Positions 53,024 through 61,413 of a DNA stretch of 64,000 nt are shown here, piece after piece. The stretch lies in the sequence record PV419677.1. One strand, given 5' to 3'. The notes under the pieces are model-generated. The model was not told the DNA's origin. It saw only the letters and a program-made list of their open reading frames with translations, and did not search any database. Each line of letters opens with the position of its first letter. The first letter of the stretch is position 1. This DNA is from a phage. The translations under genes and the position numbers were made by a program.

Positions 53024-54556
53024 TTATTTTAACCCGGTCTTTGACCAGTCGCCAAATACATCTTCGAATGTGTCTGCATGGTCTTTATCGAAACGGAACC
53101 CTTTAATAATCGGCAGGAACAATGCAACCGTATTATCTTTACGAGTCTCGGAAGTCAACCAACCATTGCATTCACAGTCGGCAATCATTCCAACCAATTC
53201 ACCTTTACGAGCTTTAACCATCAAGGCTTCACGGTCCATTTTATGACGCTCCTCAATCGGAATAGTAACCCATTTTTTGGTTTTCTTATCTTTAACTTGA
53301 GTTGTGTCTTTAAAACCAGAACCACAGTTATTTGTAATCTTACCACAAGAAGAACGAAGCACCACACCGCCAATCTTATTCGGGTCTTTATCGTGCTCGT
53401 AATATCCAATGATTTCCATTGCAATATCAATTACTTCTTTGAACTTATATAGGTTCTTTGAGCGCTTGTTTTCCCAAATCGATGCCATGTTCTTAAGGAT
53501 AATACCTTCAAGACCTTCATCCACGTATTTCTTATAGATAACTTTCGCTTCATCAAGATTGTTAACAACATGGTTTTCAATCAGAATCATGCGGTCAAAA
53601 CCATGCAGCACCACGTTATCTGCAATCATTTTTTCCAGAACAGCAAAACGCACATCGTATTTCAACGGATTGAGAATCTTAACATCAGAATAGACTTCAA
53701 TCAGCGGAACATAATCCCAAACCTGGAATTTCATACAAGAAGCTTCTGCTGCAGAAATAGTTCCTTTCAATGATTTGTTTGCCATACCATTTGAAAAGGT
53801 TCTTGATTCAGCAGTTTCTTTTGCTTTGCTAAGTTCAGGCACATCGTCAAAAAGGAAGCCCAAACCGTCATTCTGGGGAGCTACTTTCTGTTCATGGTAT
53901 ACTAACTCGCCATCAATTAAAACGCCCTCAGGATGTCTCTCACGCGCTTCACGAGTAGCTTCAATCAATTCCTTTTTAAGGAGGTCAAGCTTGAGGTATT
54001 CATTACCAGCGCGGGATAACAATCGAACATCATCCAACTCATCGCCACGAACTTCTGCAAAACACCGAGCGCCATCGGCTTTCAATTGTGCAAAGGCCGG
54101 GAACTTAATGTTCTTAGCAATACCAGCTTCATCATAAGAAGAAGCGAGCATCTGCGGTTGTTCAGGAATTAAACCTTTCCAAACCTTATTCGCAATTGAT
54201 ACAGACGCACCACATTCCAGGTCACGCATCATCACGCGGCGAAGAACTTCAACATCATCTTTTTTACCATCTGCAATATAACCAGATAATTCCTCGATTG
54301 CCGCATTACCTGTTAATTTACGCGGGGCTAATGTGAATTCGATAAAGTCAAGCATATCATCGATATTCAGCATTCCAAAGCTTTGGGTAGTTAACCCAGC
54401 GTTTGGCCATTTCTTGATATAGAACTGGATGCCTTTGGAATATGTCAAACGATACACACGTTTAAGGGTTTCATTGTCAGAATACGATTCCAGGATAGCT
54501 TGTTTCTCTTTAGTGGAATCGGTTGCAGCAATTTCATTTAAAATATCTAAAATCAT
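53024..54556 (-). CDS. 30: ATP-dependent DNA ligase gp30
   Basis: 510 aa; MILDILNEIAATDSTKEKQAILE...AFAQLKADGARCFAEV (adenylation KxDG motif) matches recalled T4 ligase. Confidence 0.95.
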   Translation of the reverse strand: MILDILNEIAATDSTKEKQAILESYSDNETLKRVYRLTYSKGIQFYIKKWPNAGLTTQSFGMLNIDDMLDFIEFTLAPRKLTGNAAIEELSGYIADGKKDDVEVLRRVMMRDLECGASVSIANKVWKGLIPEQPQMLASSYDEAGIAKNIKFPAFAQLKADGARCFAEVRGDELDDVRLLSRAGNEYLKLDLLKKELIEATREARERHPEGVLIDGELVYHEQKVAPQNDGLGFLFDDVPELSKAKETAESRTFSNGMANKSLKGTISAAEASCMKFQVWDYVPLIEVYSDVKILNPLKYDVRFAVLEKMIADNVVLHGFDRMILIENHVVNNLDEAKVIYKKYVDEGLEGIILKNMASIWENKRSKNLYKFKEVIDIAMEIIGYYEHDKDPNKIGGVVLRSSCGKITNNCGSGFKDTTQVKDKKTKKWVTIPIEERHKMDREALMVKARKGELVGMIADCECNGWLTSETRKDNTVALFLPIIKGFRFDKDHADTFEDVFGDWSKTGLK

Positions 54557-54566
54557 TAATCACCTC

Positions 54567-54848
54567 TTAGTCGTTGGCTCTATTATATGCCACGTCTTCC
54601 AAAAGCAAATCCAACCGCTTATGATAAGTGAACACAAATTTAGTTGCCCCATCTGGTTTCATTTTGGTCATGAAGTGAACATAGATAAATCCTTGCTCAA
54701 CGCATTCACGCCAAACGGGGTTATCTTTAGCCGGATTAATATCAAACGAGTAATTATGATTCACATGACGAATAAACTGGTTAACATGACCGTAATCCAT
54801 CGTGGTAGTTGGACCACGGTCAGAAATAGTATGAACGACAAACATCAA
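54567..54848 (-). CDS. hypothetical protein (30.1 position)
   Basis: 93 aa ORF, synteny only. Confidence 0.45.
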   Translation of the reverse strand: MMFVVHTISDRGPTTTMDYGHVNQFIRHVNHNYSFDINPAKDNPVWRECVEQGFIYVHFMTKMKPDGATKFVFTYHKRLDLLLEDVAYNRAND

Positions 54849-55669
54849 TTACCCCCTTGGCCACCGGTCGGTTGATTGTACCAGTATTCAATACCAGTAC
54901 CTACACGCTGGCCATATTGATATGGATATCCTGGATTATATCCAGGAGTCCACGGTTGACCAGGCTGCCAGCCTTGCTGCATTTGTTGTTGAAGGCGTCG
55001 AGTTTCACGAAACAGCTCTTCCAGTTTACGGAGTTCATCTGGAGTGAATTCTGGTTTGACCGGTTCATCTTTGTGTTTCAGTTTAAGCTGTCCAGCAACA
55101 TCGTCCCAATTAAAAACTTTGGAAGCTGTTTTAGGAATAGCATCACGTTCGCCGCGGGCCATCCAATAAACCGGAACCTCAAGAATTTCACTCGCATGGT
55201 CGCAATGGTGTGCAAGGTCATCAATATAACAAATGACATTATATTTGTCTTTTGCCTTCTGAAACAAATCCTCTTTAGAGGCTGTATGACCACACATCAT
55301 CACTTCTTTAAACGCTCCAGGGAACAAAGCATTCAGGTTAAATTGACGATTCAAGCGTGCGTCAATGGAATCACCCAGGGCTGTAACAGCCACAAAATCA
55401 TATTGCTCTTTGAGGTTATTAATAACCCTTAATGCATCCGCATAAGGAGACAAATAGCGAATAAAGTCTGAACAGTTATATTTTTCAATTAACTGCGCGC
55501 CTAACTCTTCATCACAATTGAAAAGTTTACCAGGGGTCACAAATTTTTCATCCTGAATCATCTTAAGGATATGTTCCAGGGGTAAATTATATTTTTGGGC
55601 GAAATAAGGCAAGCCAGACTGCCATGACAAACATACGCCATCAATATCTGTTAAAATAACGGGTTTCAT
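54845..55669 (-). CDS. HAD-superfamily phosphatase-like protein with Gln/Pro/Gly/Tyr-rich C-terminal tail
   Basis: MKPVILTDIDGVCL (HAD motif I DxDG), VICYIDD (motif IV); last about 50 aa are low complexity (QQQMQQGWQPGQPWTPGYNPGYPYQYGQ...GGQGGN). Confidence 0.55.
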   Translation of the reverse strand: MKPVILTDIDGVCLSWQSGLPYFAQKYNLPLEHILKMIQDEKFVTPGKLFNCDEELGAQLIEKYNCSDFIRYLSPYADALRVINNLKEQYDFVAVTALGDSIDARLNRQFNLNALFPGAFKEVMMCGHTASKEDLFQKAKDKYNVICYIDDLAHHCDHASEILEVPVYWMARGERDAIPKTASKVFNWDDVAGQLKLKHKDEPVKPEFTPDELRKLEELFRETRRLQQQMQQGWQPGQPWTPGYNPGYPYQYGQRVGTGIEYWYNQPTGGQGGN

Positions 55670-56133
55670 AATGCATCTCTCAATTGGTTAAGTATGTCAA
55701 TAAATTCTTGTTCAGTCAATATTGTATCATGAACAGTAAGGTGGCTCGCCATCGAATGCTTTAAAACTTTGCCTTTTGTAGCTTGTAATGCGTCGCGGAA
55801 TCCTTTGTTTTGGAGCGCTGCTTCAAAATATGCACTTGTATACAGCTCTTTCCATGATGCAGAGTATCTTGAAAAGGGAATTCCAAGCCAGAAAAGCGTC
55901 CCACGGTCCGCAGCTCTTGCATAAGCTCTTCCACTTTGCTGGGCGGCCAATCCGGACATCCCAAATATACGTTTTTGTTGTTCATGATTTCTCACCTTGC
56001 ACCCTTGTAGGAAGCCTTCAAGACCCCCAAACTGGATACCCTCCATAACAAAAGGCCATTTGGCAAAGTTACTTAATGCACATGATGGCCACGGGAAATT
56101 GCTTCTTATTTCTAACTCAGACATTTTTGACAC
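55666..56133 (-). CDS. NADAR / YbiA (DUF1768)-like protein
   Basis: ALSNFAKWPFVMEGIQFGGLEGFLQGCK resembles the YbiA core DFSNFAAWP...F.TSEHYFQA.K; assignment by recalled motif only. Confidence 0.4.
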   Translation of the reverse strand: MSKMSELEIRSNFPWPSCALSNFAKWPFVMEGIQFGGLEGFLQGCKVRNHEQQKRIFGMSGLAAQQSGRAYARAADRGTLFWLGIPFSRYSASWKELYTSAYFEAALQNKGFRDALQATKGKVLKHSMASHLTVHDTILTEQEFIDILNQLRDAL

Positions 56134-56329
56134 TGATAATCTCTACATCAGCCCAATGACCATAACCAGGTAAACGGTCTTTAATAGATAATCCGCCGTC
56201 AGATTTCAGCATTTTAATTGTTTTAGTATATGGTTCAATATTTCGGGCCCATGGACTTACGTCAGTCACGCGATAAGTAACTTCAACCATTTCTGTTCCC
56301 AAAATTTTCTGAATCAGTTTCTTAAACAT
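56117..56329 (-). CDS. hypothetical protein (30.x cluster)
   Basis: 70 aa ORF, overlapping start/stop with neighbours. Confidence 0.4.
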   Translation of the reverse strand: MFKKLIQKILGTEMVEVTYRVTDVSPWARNIEPYTKTIKMLKSDGGLSIKDRLPGYGHWADVEIISVKNV

Positions 56330-56330
56330 A

Positions 56331-56525
56331 TTATCCTCGCTTTAAGCATTTGATTACAGACAACTCACCACCCATGCGAACGTCTTCAGTTCCATCAACC
56401 CACAAGACTGCATATGCTTCTTTAATTTGGGTATTGCCTAATTTAAACGCAGGCAGGACCTTTGAAATCATTCCAGGAATACCCACACCTTTTAACTGAA
56501 CAGTTTGTGATAAGAATAATTTCAT
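56331..56525 (-). CDS. hypothetical protein (30.x cluster)
   Basis: 64 aa ORF. Confidence 0.4.
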   Translation of the reverse strand: MKLFLSQTVQLKGVGIPGMISKVLPAFKLGNTQIKEAYAVLWVDGTEDVRMGGELSVIKCLKRG

Positions 56526-56812
56526 TAGAACCTCATCTGGAAACCGTGTGATTTAACATTACCGCCATTAATATCAGATGAATTAATTTCGCGCGCCACG
56601 GTTGGGTCAATATTAATGTCACGACTAAGCTTAGTGATTGCCAGAGTATCGCGTCCATTAACAGTCCGGAATTCTAGTGGGCAAACCACATCAACATAGT
56701 TCTTAATGGAATCACGTGTTGGTTCACACCCAGCAGGAACATTAGGGCCTTTTTTAGAGAGAACAACTTCACAGAAATTTTTACGTGTATCAAAGTAAGT
56801 AGTCATAAACAT
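56525..56812 (-). CDS. hypothetical protein (30.x cluster)
   Basis: ATG 56812 with SD GAGGA; GC hairpin GGGGGC-TTTC-GCCCCC (56827-56842) immediately upstream. Confidence 0.45.
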   Translation of the reverse strand: MFMTTYFDTRKNFCEVVLSKKGPNVPAGCEPTRDSIKNYVDVVCPLEFRTVNGRDTLAITKLSRDINIDPTVAREINSSDINGGNVKSHGFQMRF

Positions 56813-56852
56813 AGTATTTTCCTCAAGGGGGCTTTCGCCCCCCCATTTAAGA

Positions 56853-57218
56853 TTAGATATCAAATTCATTAAGAACTACATCAAAGATTGCTTCCAGGTG
56901 TTCAGGTTTTGCTTTGTTGCTCAGGATGTGACGAATCCAAGTTTTAACCAGAAGCTTGCGATTAACACCATTCCAGCAAGGATGGGTTCCTAAATCACGT
57001 TCACGGAAATCATCATCTAACGCGATTTTGAATACCGAGCCTTCCATCGTGATTGAAAGAGTGATACCATTTTCAAATCGCATATAAACGTAGTTAGGAG
57101 TCATATATTGTTCAATTTCACACACTGAACCGTTTTGATGTTTCCACAAGCAAATAACTTCAGAAGAACCTGGGATGCAGTTAGAAACATATTTGCGTTC
57201 AAAGTTGATGTAGTTCAT
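56853..57218 (-). CDS. hypothetical protein (30.x cluster)
   Basis: 121 aa ORF, SD GGAG. Confidence 0.5.
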   Translation of the reverse strand: MNYINFERKYVSNCIPGSSEVICLWKHQNGSVCEIEQYMTPNYVYMRFENGITLSITMEGSVFKIALDDDFRERDLGTHPCWNGVNRKLLVKTWIRHILSNKAKPEHLEAIFDVVLNEFDI

Positions 57219-57289
57219 TTTATTCTCCAGTTGTTTTCATTTGTTGGTACAGGTTTATAATATCATAACCTGTACCAAAGTAAACTGTT

Positions 57290-57658
57290 TTATGCGACTT
57301 TAATCCAATTATCTAAATTTAATTCACCCTTAGCTTTCATTTTTTCAATCAGAAGGTCTGCAGTGGTGCGACCATTTTGATACCATGTAACATCTTCAGA
57401 ATAACCAGTTTCTTCATCTTCATAGGTCTTACAACGAATCTTACCCAAAATCAAAGTTTTCAGTTCGTAGGTATCACCAGTAAAAAAGTTTGTTACCATA
57501 ATTTTCCAAGAGAAGTCATCAGAAGGACCTTCTGGAGTCATGCAACCTACAAATTCAAACTGCTCTTTATACAAGTGCCATTGCATCTCTTTAGTTTCGA
57601 TTGCTTTGTAGCCGTCGTGGTCTTTACCTTTGATGTATGAGTTAAGATTGATTTTCAT
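57290..57658 (-). CDS. hypothetical protein (30.x cluster)
   Basis: 122 aa ORF, SD GGAG, early promoter upstream. Confidence 0.5.
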   Translation of the reverse strand: MKINLNSYIKGKDHDGYKAIETKEMQWHLYKEQFEFVGCMTPEGPSDDFSWKIMVTNFFTGDTYELKTLILGKIRCKTYEDEETGYSEDVTWYQNGRTTADLLIEKMKAKGELNLDNWIKVA

Positions 57659-57699
57659 TTTATGCTCCAGTGTTTTATTGTGTAACTCAGTATGAAATC

Positions 57700-57729
57700 A
57701 TTATGCACTGGACCAACCCTGTTGTAAAC
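57700..57729 (-). promoter_or_regulatory. sigma70-type early promoter (GTTTAC, 18 nt, CATAAT)
   Basis: -35 at 57729-57724, -10 at 57705-57700; core identical to the promoter at 34170-34199. Confidence 0.5.
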
Positions 57730-57750
57730 CCCTTTATGGAAAATAAAAAA

Positions 57751-57770
57751 AGGGACTCCGAAGAGTCCCT
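57751..57770 (-). terminator. rho-independent terminator (minus strand)
   Basis: AGGGACTC-TTCG-GAGTCCCT followed by U-run on minus strand. Confidence 0.55.
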
Positions 57771-57774
57771 GAAC

Positions 57775-57936
57775 TTATGCTTTCGGCTTACCAAAGCAAG
57801 CTGCATCGGCACGCAATACCGCACGAGCACGAGCCTGAAGTTTATCAGTCACCTGATTGATTCGCTTGTTGGACGCACGCTTGTAACCAGCGCGTTTGGA
57901 GGAGTCATCAACAACTTTAACTTCTTTCTTAGCCAT
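57775..57936 (-). CDS. small basic protein (53 aa), not in ORF track
   Basis: Hand translation: MAKKEVKVVDDSSKRAGYKRASNKRINQVTDKLQARARAVLRADAACFGKPKA; followed by terminator. Confidence 0.4.
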   Translation of the reverse strand: MAKKEVKVVDDSSKRAGYKRASNKRINQVTDKLQARARAVLRADAACFGKPKA

Positions 57937-58325
57937 ATTAAATTCTCTTTAAAATAGAATGCAGGACTTATTGGCATTGCCTGCGCAAGCCCTCGAAGGG
58001 AACATTAGGTTTCGGATATTTAACGACAGGATAACCATAAACCTCGTCATCATAGCTCTTATCTGTTGCACACCGTTAGCTTAAAGGTTCCGGGTTCGAT
58101 TTCTCGAGGATAAGATATATACTGATGGATATATAGGCCTTGAGGCGTACTCCCGATTGGCCATCACCTCGGGGTAGCATGCACTTGCCGCTATAAAATA
58201 ACATTCAAGAGGTACACCGTAAAACTGCCGAGGTCTTAAAACTATAATGATTCGCAAATCATTAATCAGACAGTTCGACGGCTCCTCGATTTTAGCTCAC
58301 ACTAAGGCAGTGAATCTCCAATAAA
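57937..58325. other. ORF-free region (~390 bp) with tRNA-like T-arm fragment and several local inverted repeats
   Basis: No ORF with SD on either strand; CCGGGTTCGATT at 58081-58092 resembles a tRNA T-stem/loop without a complete cloverleaf. Confidence 0.3.
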
Positions 58326-58580
58326 TTACTTCAATGTTACCACAAAGTGACGAACTGCTTTTCGTGCAGCAGATGCCAGCGGCTTAGCAAATTTCAGTTC
58401 ATCTTTTGCTTCGAGCACTGCGCGAAGGTCGGTTTGAACCGGGTTAAGATGTTTGAAATACTGCAGAATTTCCAGTGCTTCGGCTTCAACATCAATAGAT
58501 GCGCCGTAGTTTTCGTGACCGTTATTCCATGCAGTGCGTTGCAGTTCGAGAGCGTGTTGTAATTGTTTGTTTAAAGACAT
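58326..58580 (-). CDS. rIII: rIII-like protein (lysis inhibition accessory)
   Basis: 84 aa from ATG 58580 (SD GAGG): MSLNKQLQHALELQRTAWNNGHENYG...; size and position between the 30.x cluster and gene 31 as T4 rIII. Confidence 0.55.
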   Translation of the reverse strand: MSLNKQLQHALELQRTAWNNGHENYGASIDVEAEALEILQYFKHLNPVQTDLRAVLEAKDELKFAKPLASAARKAVRHFVVTLK

Positions 58581-58720
58581 TTTAGAAGCCTCAATATGAG
58601 GTGAATATTTGGTGGACACGTTCTTCTGAATTTCACTTCCTTTCGGCAAGTCTCTCAGTTGTAGTCCACCGTTTAGGATTCTCCGGTTAACTAACTGGTC
58701 CGGCAGCCAATCCATATTAT

Positions 58721-58728
58721 TATTTATA
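58721..58728 (-). promoter_or_regulatory. late promoter TATAAATA (minus strand) upstream of rIII
   Basis: Exact TATAAATA on minus strand. Confidence 0.4.
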
Positions 58729-58737
58729 ACGCTAATT

Positions 58738-59085
58738 TTACTTATAAAGACAAGGAACAGCTTTATAATGACAGGTCACAAATTTCTGCTTAACTTCTTT
58801 AGCCTGCTTAAGTCCCAGTGCAACCAGAGGATGTGGAACGTTTGCAATCTTGCCAACCGGAAGAGGAGTCAAATCACCTACTTCGCAGAAGCCTTCAGGA
58901 ACATCCGGACCAACCGAAAATACTTCACACATCTCCGGGATTTCACCCTGATGGAGTTTTCCGATAACGATGCCTGATGCCGTAGTTTCTTCATCACCAG
59001 CTTGCTTTGGCTCAGAAACCAAAATAATATATTCACCTACTGCTTTAATTGGTAATTCCATATTTAATCCATGTTGTTTGGTCAT
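58738..59085 (-). CDS. 31: gp31 co-chaperonin (GroES analogue)
   Basis: 115 aa; [29 protein letters not shown]...[14 protein letters not shown] matches recalled T4 gp31. Confidence 0.9.
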   Translation of the reverse strand: MTKQHGLNMELPIKAVGEYIILVSEPKQAGDEETTASGIVIGKLHQGEIPEMCEVFSVGPDVPEGFCEVGDLTPLPVGKIANVPHPLVALGLKQAKEVKQKFVTCHYKAVPCLYK

Positions 59086-59116
59086 GTATTAATAATAGCA
59101 TGCATTGTTTGAAGCA

Positions 59117-59416
59117 TTAAAGAACGAGCAGAGTCTCGGTCTGCAGTCCATTCACGGAAATCAATTTATTGAAACAGAATGAACGCCATTCATTAAGCTT
59201 GGTATCAAATACCCGGATATAGCTAACTGGTTCTTTATTGACTTCTGGTCCAGGGGCCTGGATTTCTTTATACGGAAGCAGGTCCAGGTCGCGAGTACAA
59301 GTCATACGACGAACACTGCCATCTGCTTTTTCAAACAGAACTTCGTGAAAGCCAACAGACAAAATAGTCTTGACTTTTTCACGGAGGCGAATTGTTTCTT
59401 GTTCAGTTAAAATCAT
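59117..59416 (-). CDS. hypothetical protein (31.1 position)
   Basis: 99 aa ORF, synteny. Confidence 0.5.
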   Translation of the reverse strand: MILTEQETIRLREKVKTILSVGFHEVLFEKADGSVRRMTCTRDLDLLPYKEIQAPGPEVNKEPVSYIRVFDTKLNEWRSFCFNKLISVNGLQTETLLVL

Positions 59417-59418
59417 AA

Positions 59419-59652
59419 TTATTCCAAAACAGTTTTAATAGTGGTTGCATTCCGCTCTTTTAGAGCACTCAGCAGGGATTTGCATTTTTCAAAAACCGGG
59501 TCCGTTTTATACCGGATGCTTTCGTCAATCCATTCGGATTTATAGTAAGACTTCCAACGAGAGAAGAAATACTTTTTGTATTCCACTGAAAAAGAGATTA
59601 TACCCGTCCCCCGAGGACTAAGACTGGTTATTTTAACCATACGAAATTTCAT
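59419..59652 (-). CDS. hypothetical protein (31.2 position)
   Basis: 77 aa ORF, synteny. Confidence 0.5.
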   Translation of the reverse strand: MKFRMVKITSLSPRGTGIISFSVEYKKYFFSRWKSYYKSEWIDESIRYKTDPVFEKCKSLLSALKERNATTIKTVLE

Positions 59653-60233
59653 TATTCACCACAAAATTCGTTAATGTTTTCCCAGTTCAATTTGTCTAGA
59701 CTGCGCTTAGGCACATTGAACACCTCAATTCCTGCGTTCTTCAGGATATCATCCCAACCAGGAATATTCTTGTCATACGTTTCACAGTAAACCAATTTCT
59801 TGATTCCTGATTGGGAGATTGCTTTTGCGCAATCAGGACAAGGAGAAAGCGTCACATACATAGTAGCGCCTTCAATTGACGAACCCATTCTTGCTGCGAA
59901 CAGAATCGCATTAAGCTCAGCATGGATTTCGTTGTTCTTTGACCAGGCAGAATGGGCTTCGCGATGGGCTTTCGCCAATACAAAACGGTCAACCTTGCTG
60001 AATCTCACGCATTCTGGCTTATGTCCAGGGACGAGAACGGGTTTAGGTTTATTCAGTAACCAACCTTGCTCTTCCGCATGCTCGCAACAGTTGACCCCAC
60101 CTGCAGGGGAACCATTATACCCTGTAGAAATAATGCGCCCATTCTTTTCAATAACAGCTCCCACTTTCCAGGAGCAACATTTGGATTCTTGAGATACAAG
60201 GTATGCGATTTGCAGAACAGTAGTTGGTTTCAT
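59652..60233 (-). CDS. cd: dCMP deaminase
   Basis: 193 aa equals T4 Cd; zinc-binding HAELNAI and PCPDC motifs. Confidence 0.9.
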   Translation of the reverse strand: MKPTTVLQIAYLVSQESKCCSWKVGAVIEKNGRIISTGYNGSPAGGVNCCEHAEEQGWLLNKPKPVLVPGHKPECVRFSKVDRFVLAKAHREAHSAWSKNNEIHAELNAILFAARMGSSIEGATMYVTLSPCPDCAKAISQSGIKKLVYCETYDKNIPGWDDILKNAGIEVFNVPKRSLDKLNWENINEFCGE

Positions 60234-60569
60234 TTACATCACCACGAGATAATTGGTTTTAATAGTTTCAACACGATATAATTCATGTCGCAATTTAGTA
60301 ATGCTCTTAACATGTGTTGTAATTATACTATCACCGTCGCTGAAGCGTTTTTTCTTATCGTCAAAAATCACCCCAAACATTCGCTCACCAATTTCTACAG
60401 GAGCTTCTGTGATAACAACCGCATCATAATTACTTGGGTGAATACTTTTAAACAGAGCATCATTCGCAAGCGTTACTTTGATAAATGCAGTTGTTTCTGG
60501 GTCCAACTTACGATGGTCACCTAAATCATTTTTAAGTGATTCTTTGAAAATATCCATTAAATTCATCAT
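60234..60569 (-). CDS. hypothetical protein (cd.1 position)
   Basis: 111 aa ORF. Confidence 0.5.
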   Translation of the reverse strand: MMNLMDIFKESLKNDLGDHRKLDPETTAFIKVTLANDALFKSIHPSNYDAVVITEAPVEIGERMFGVIFDDKKKRFSDGDSIITTHVKSITKLRHELYRVETIKTNYLVVM

Positions 60570-60811
60570 TGAATATACACTCGCTGCGCTTCAACCAGAC
60601 CATCAGAACCCAATTTCAGTTGGGTAAACTGGTCACCACCTTTTAGAGTAATTTTCGGATTAATGACAATCATAAAACTGCGTGCAGATTCCTGAATAAC
60701 TTGCAAAGTCGCAGCAGGGAATCGCTGTGATACGCGGTTAATCATCTCTTGAGCAAATTCCTTCACTTTTTCGTGAAACTCTTCAACAGTAATTGGGGTT
60801 TCGCTAAGCAT
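60566..60811 (-). CDS. hypothetical protein (cd.2 position)
   Basis: 81 aa ORF. Confidence 0.5.
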   Translation of the reverse strand: MLSETPITVEEFHEKVKEFAQEMINRVSQRFPAATLQVIQESARSFMIVINPKITLKGGDQFTQLKLGSDGLVEAQRVYIQ

Positions 60812-61353
60812 CAGATTGCCTCCTGTTTAACTTGTTTAACGATAGAAACTTTTGTGATATCACCTTTGATAATATAGCAATCTTCTGCAGTACCACGGTT
60901 TAACAGGCGTTCTGCTTCGTCTTCCGCATATTCTTTTGACACATGACGAGAGTTAATCTCAATCTTGCCATTTTTAACCACAAGCAATTTCCAAACTGAT
61001 GCAAGTTTTACTGGCACAGGTTCAACTTCTGGCTTAACACCAACTTCCGCCTGGATGAAATATTTGAATTCATCTGATAATGGACCAACAGAAACAAACA
61101 TTGCCCCACGATGCCTGTTCTGCTCGTCAGATATTTTTACCAAATCCACAAAATCATTTTCATCAATCAGACGAATCTCACAAACTTTTTTACCGCCGCT
61201 AACATTATCAGGTAAAATCTTAACTTCAAACGGAGTCATACCGATGTATCCAGCAATTTGGTAATTAGATGCCCATCCACCAGAGACAAACTGTTTTTTG
61301 GCATTTTCAGATACAAATTTGTAAAACTTACCTTCTTCAAAGAAATCGCTCAT
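60811..61353 (-). CDS. hypothetical protein (cd.3 position)
   Basis: 180 aa ORF; SD GAGGA; early promoter upstream. Confidence 0.55.
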   Translation of the reverse strand: MSDFFEEGKFYKFVSENAKKQFVSGGWASNYQIAGYIGMTPFEVKILPDNVSGGKKVCEIRLIDENDFVDLVKISDEQNRHRGAMFVSVGPLSDEFKYFIQAEVGVKPEVEPVPVKLASVWKLLVVKNGKIEINSRHVSKEYAEDEAERLLNRGTAEDCYIIKGDITKVSIVKQVKQEAI

Positions 61354-61382
61354 TTTGTTTTCCTCATGTGTTGATGAAATTC

Positions 61383-61411
61383 ATTATACACCATCCATGG
61401 TGAAAGTAAAC
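61383..61411 (-). promoter_or_regulatory. sigma70-type early promoter (GTTTAC, 17 nt, TATAAT)
   Basis: -35 at 61411-61406 (abuts upstream stop), -10 at 61388-61383. Confidence 0.5.
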
Positions 61412-61413
61412 AC

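Noticed and set aside
58066-58110. Possible tRNA gene
   Set aside because: Only a T-arm-like GGTTCGATT motif; no matching acceptor stem, D-arm or anticodon arm could be built by eye, so it is reported as a fragment in findings, not as a tRNA feature.
58070-58194. 43-aa minus-strand ORF in the ORF-free gap
   Set aside because: No SD, odd composition, not coupled to neighbours; likely chance ORF.
60105-60125. TATAATGGTTC match inside the cd coding region
   Set aside because: Shares 11 nt with the middle-promoter module but has no MotA box upstream and is in-frame coding sequence (GYNGSP); treated as coincidence.
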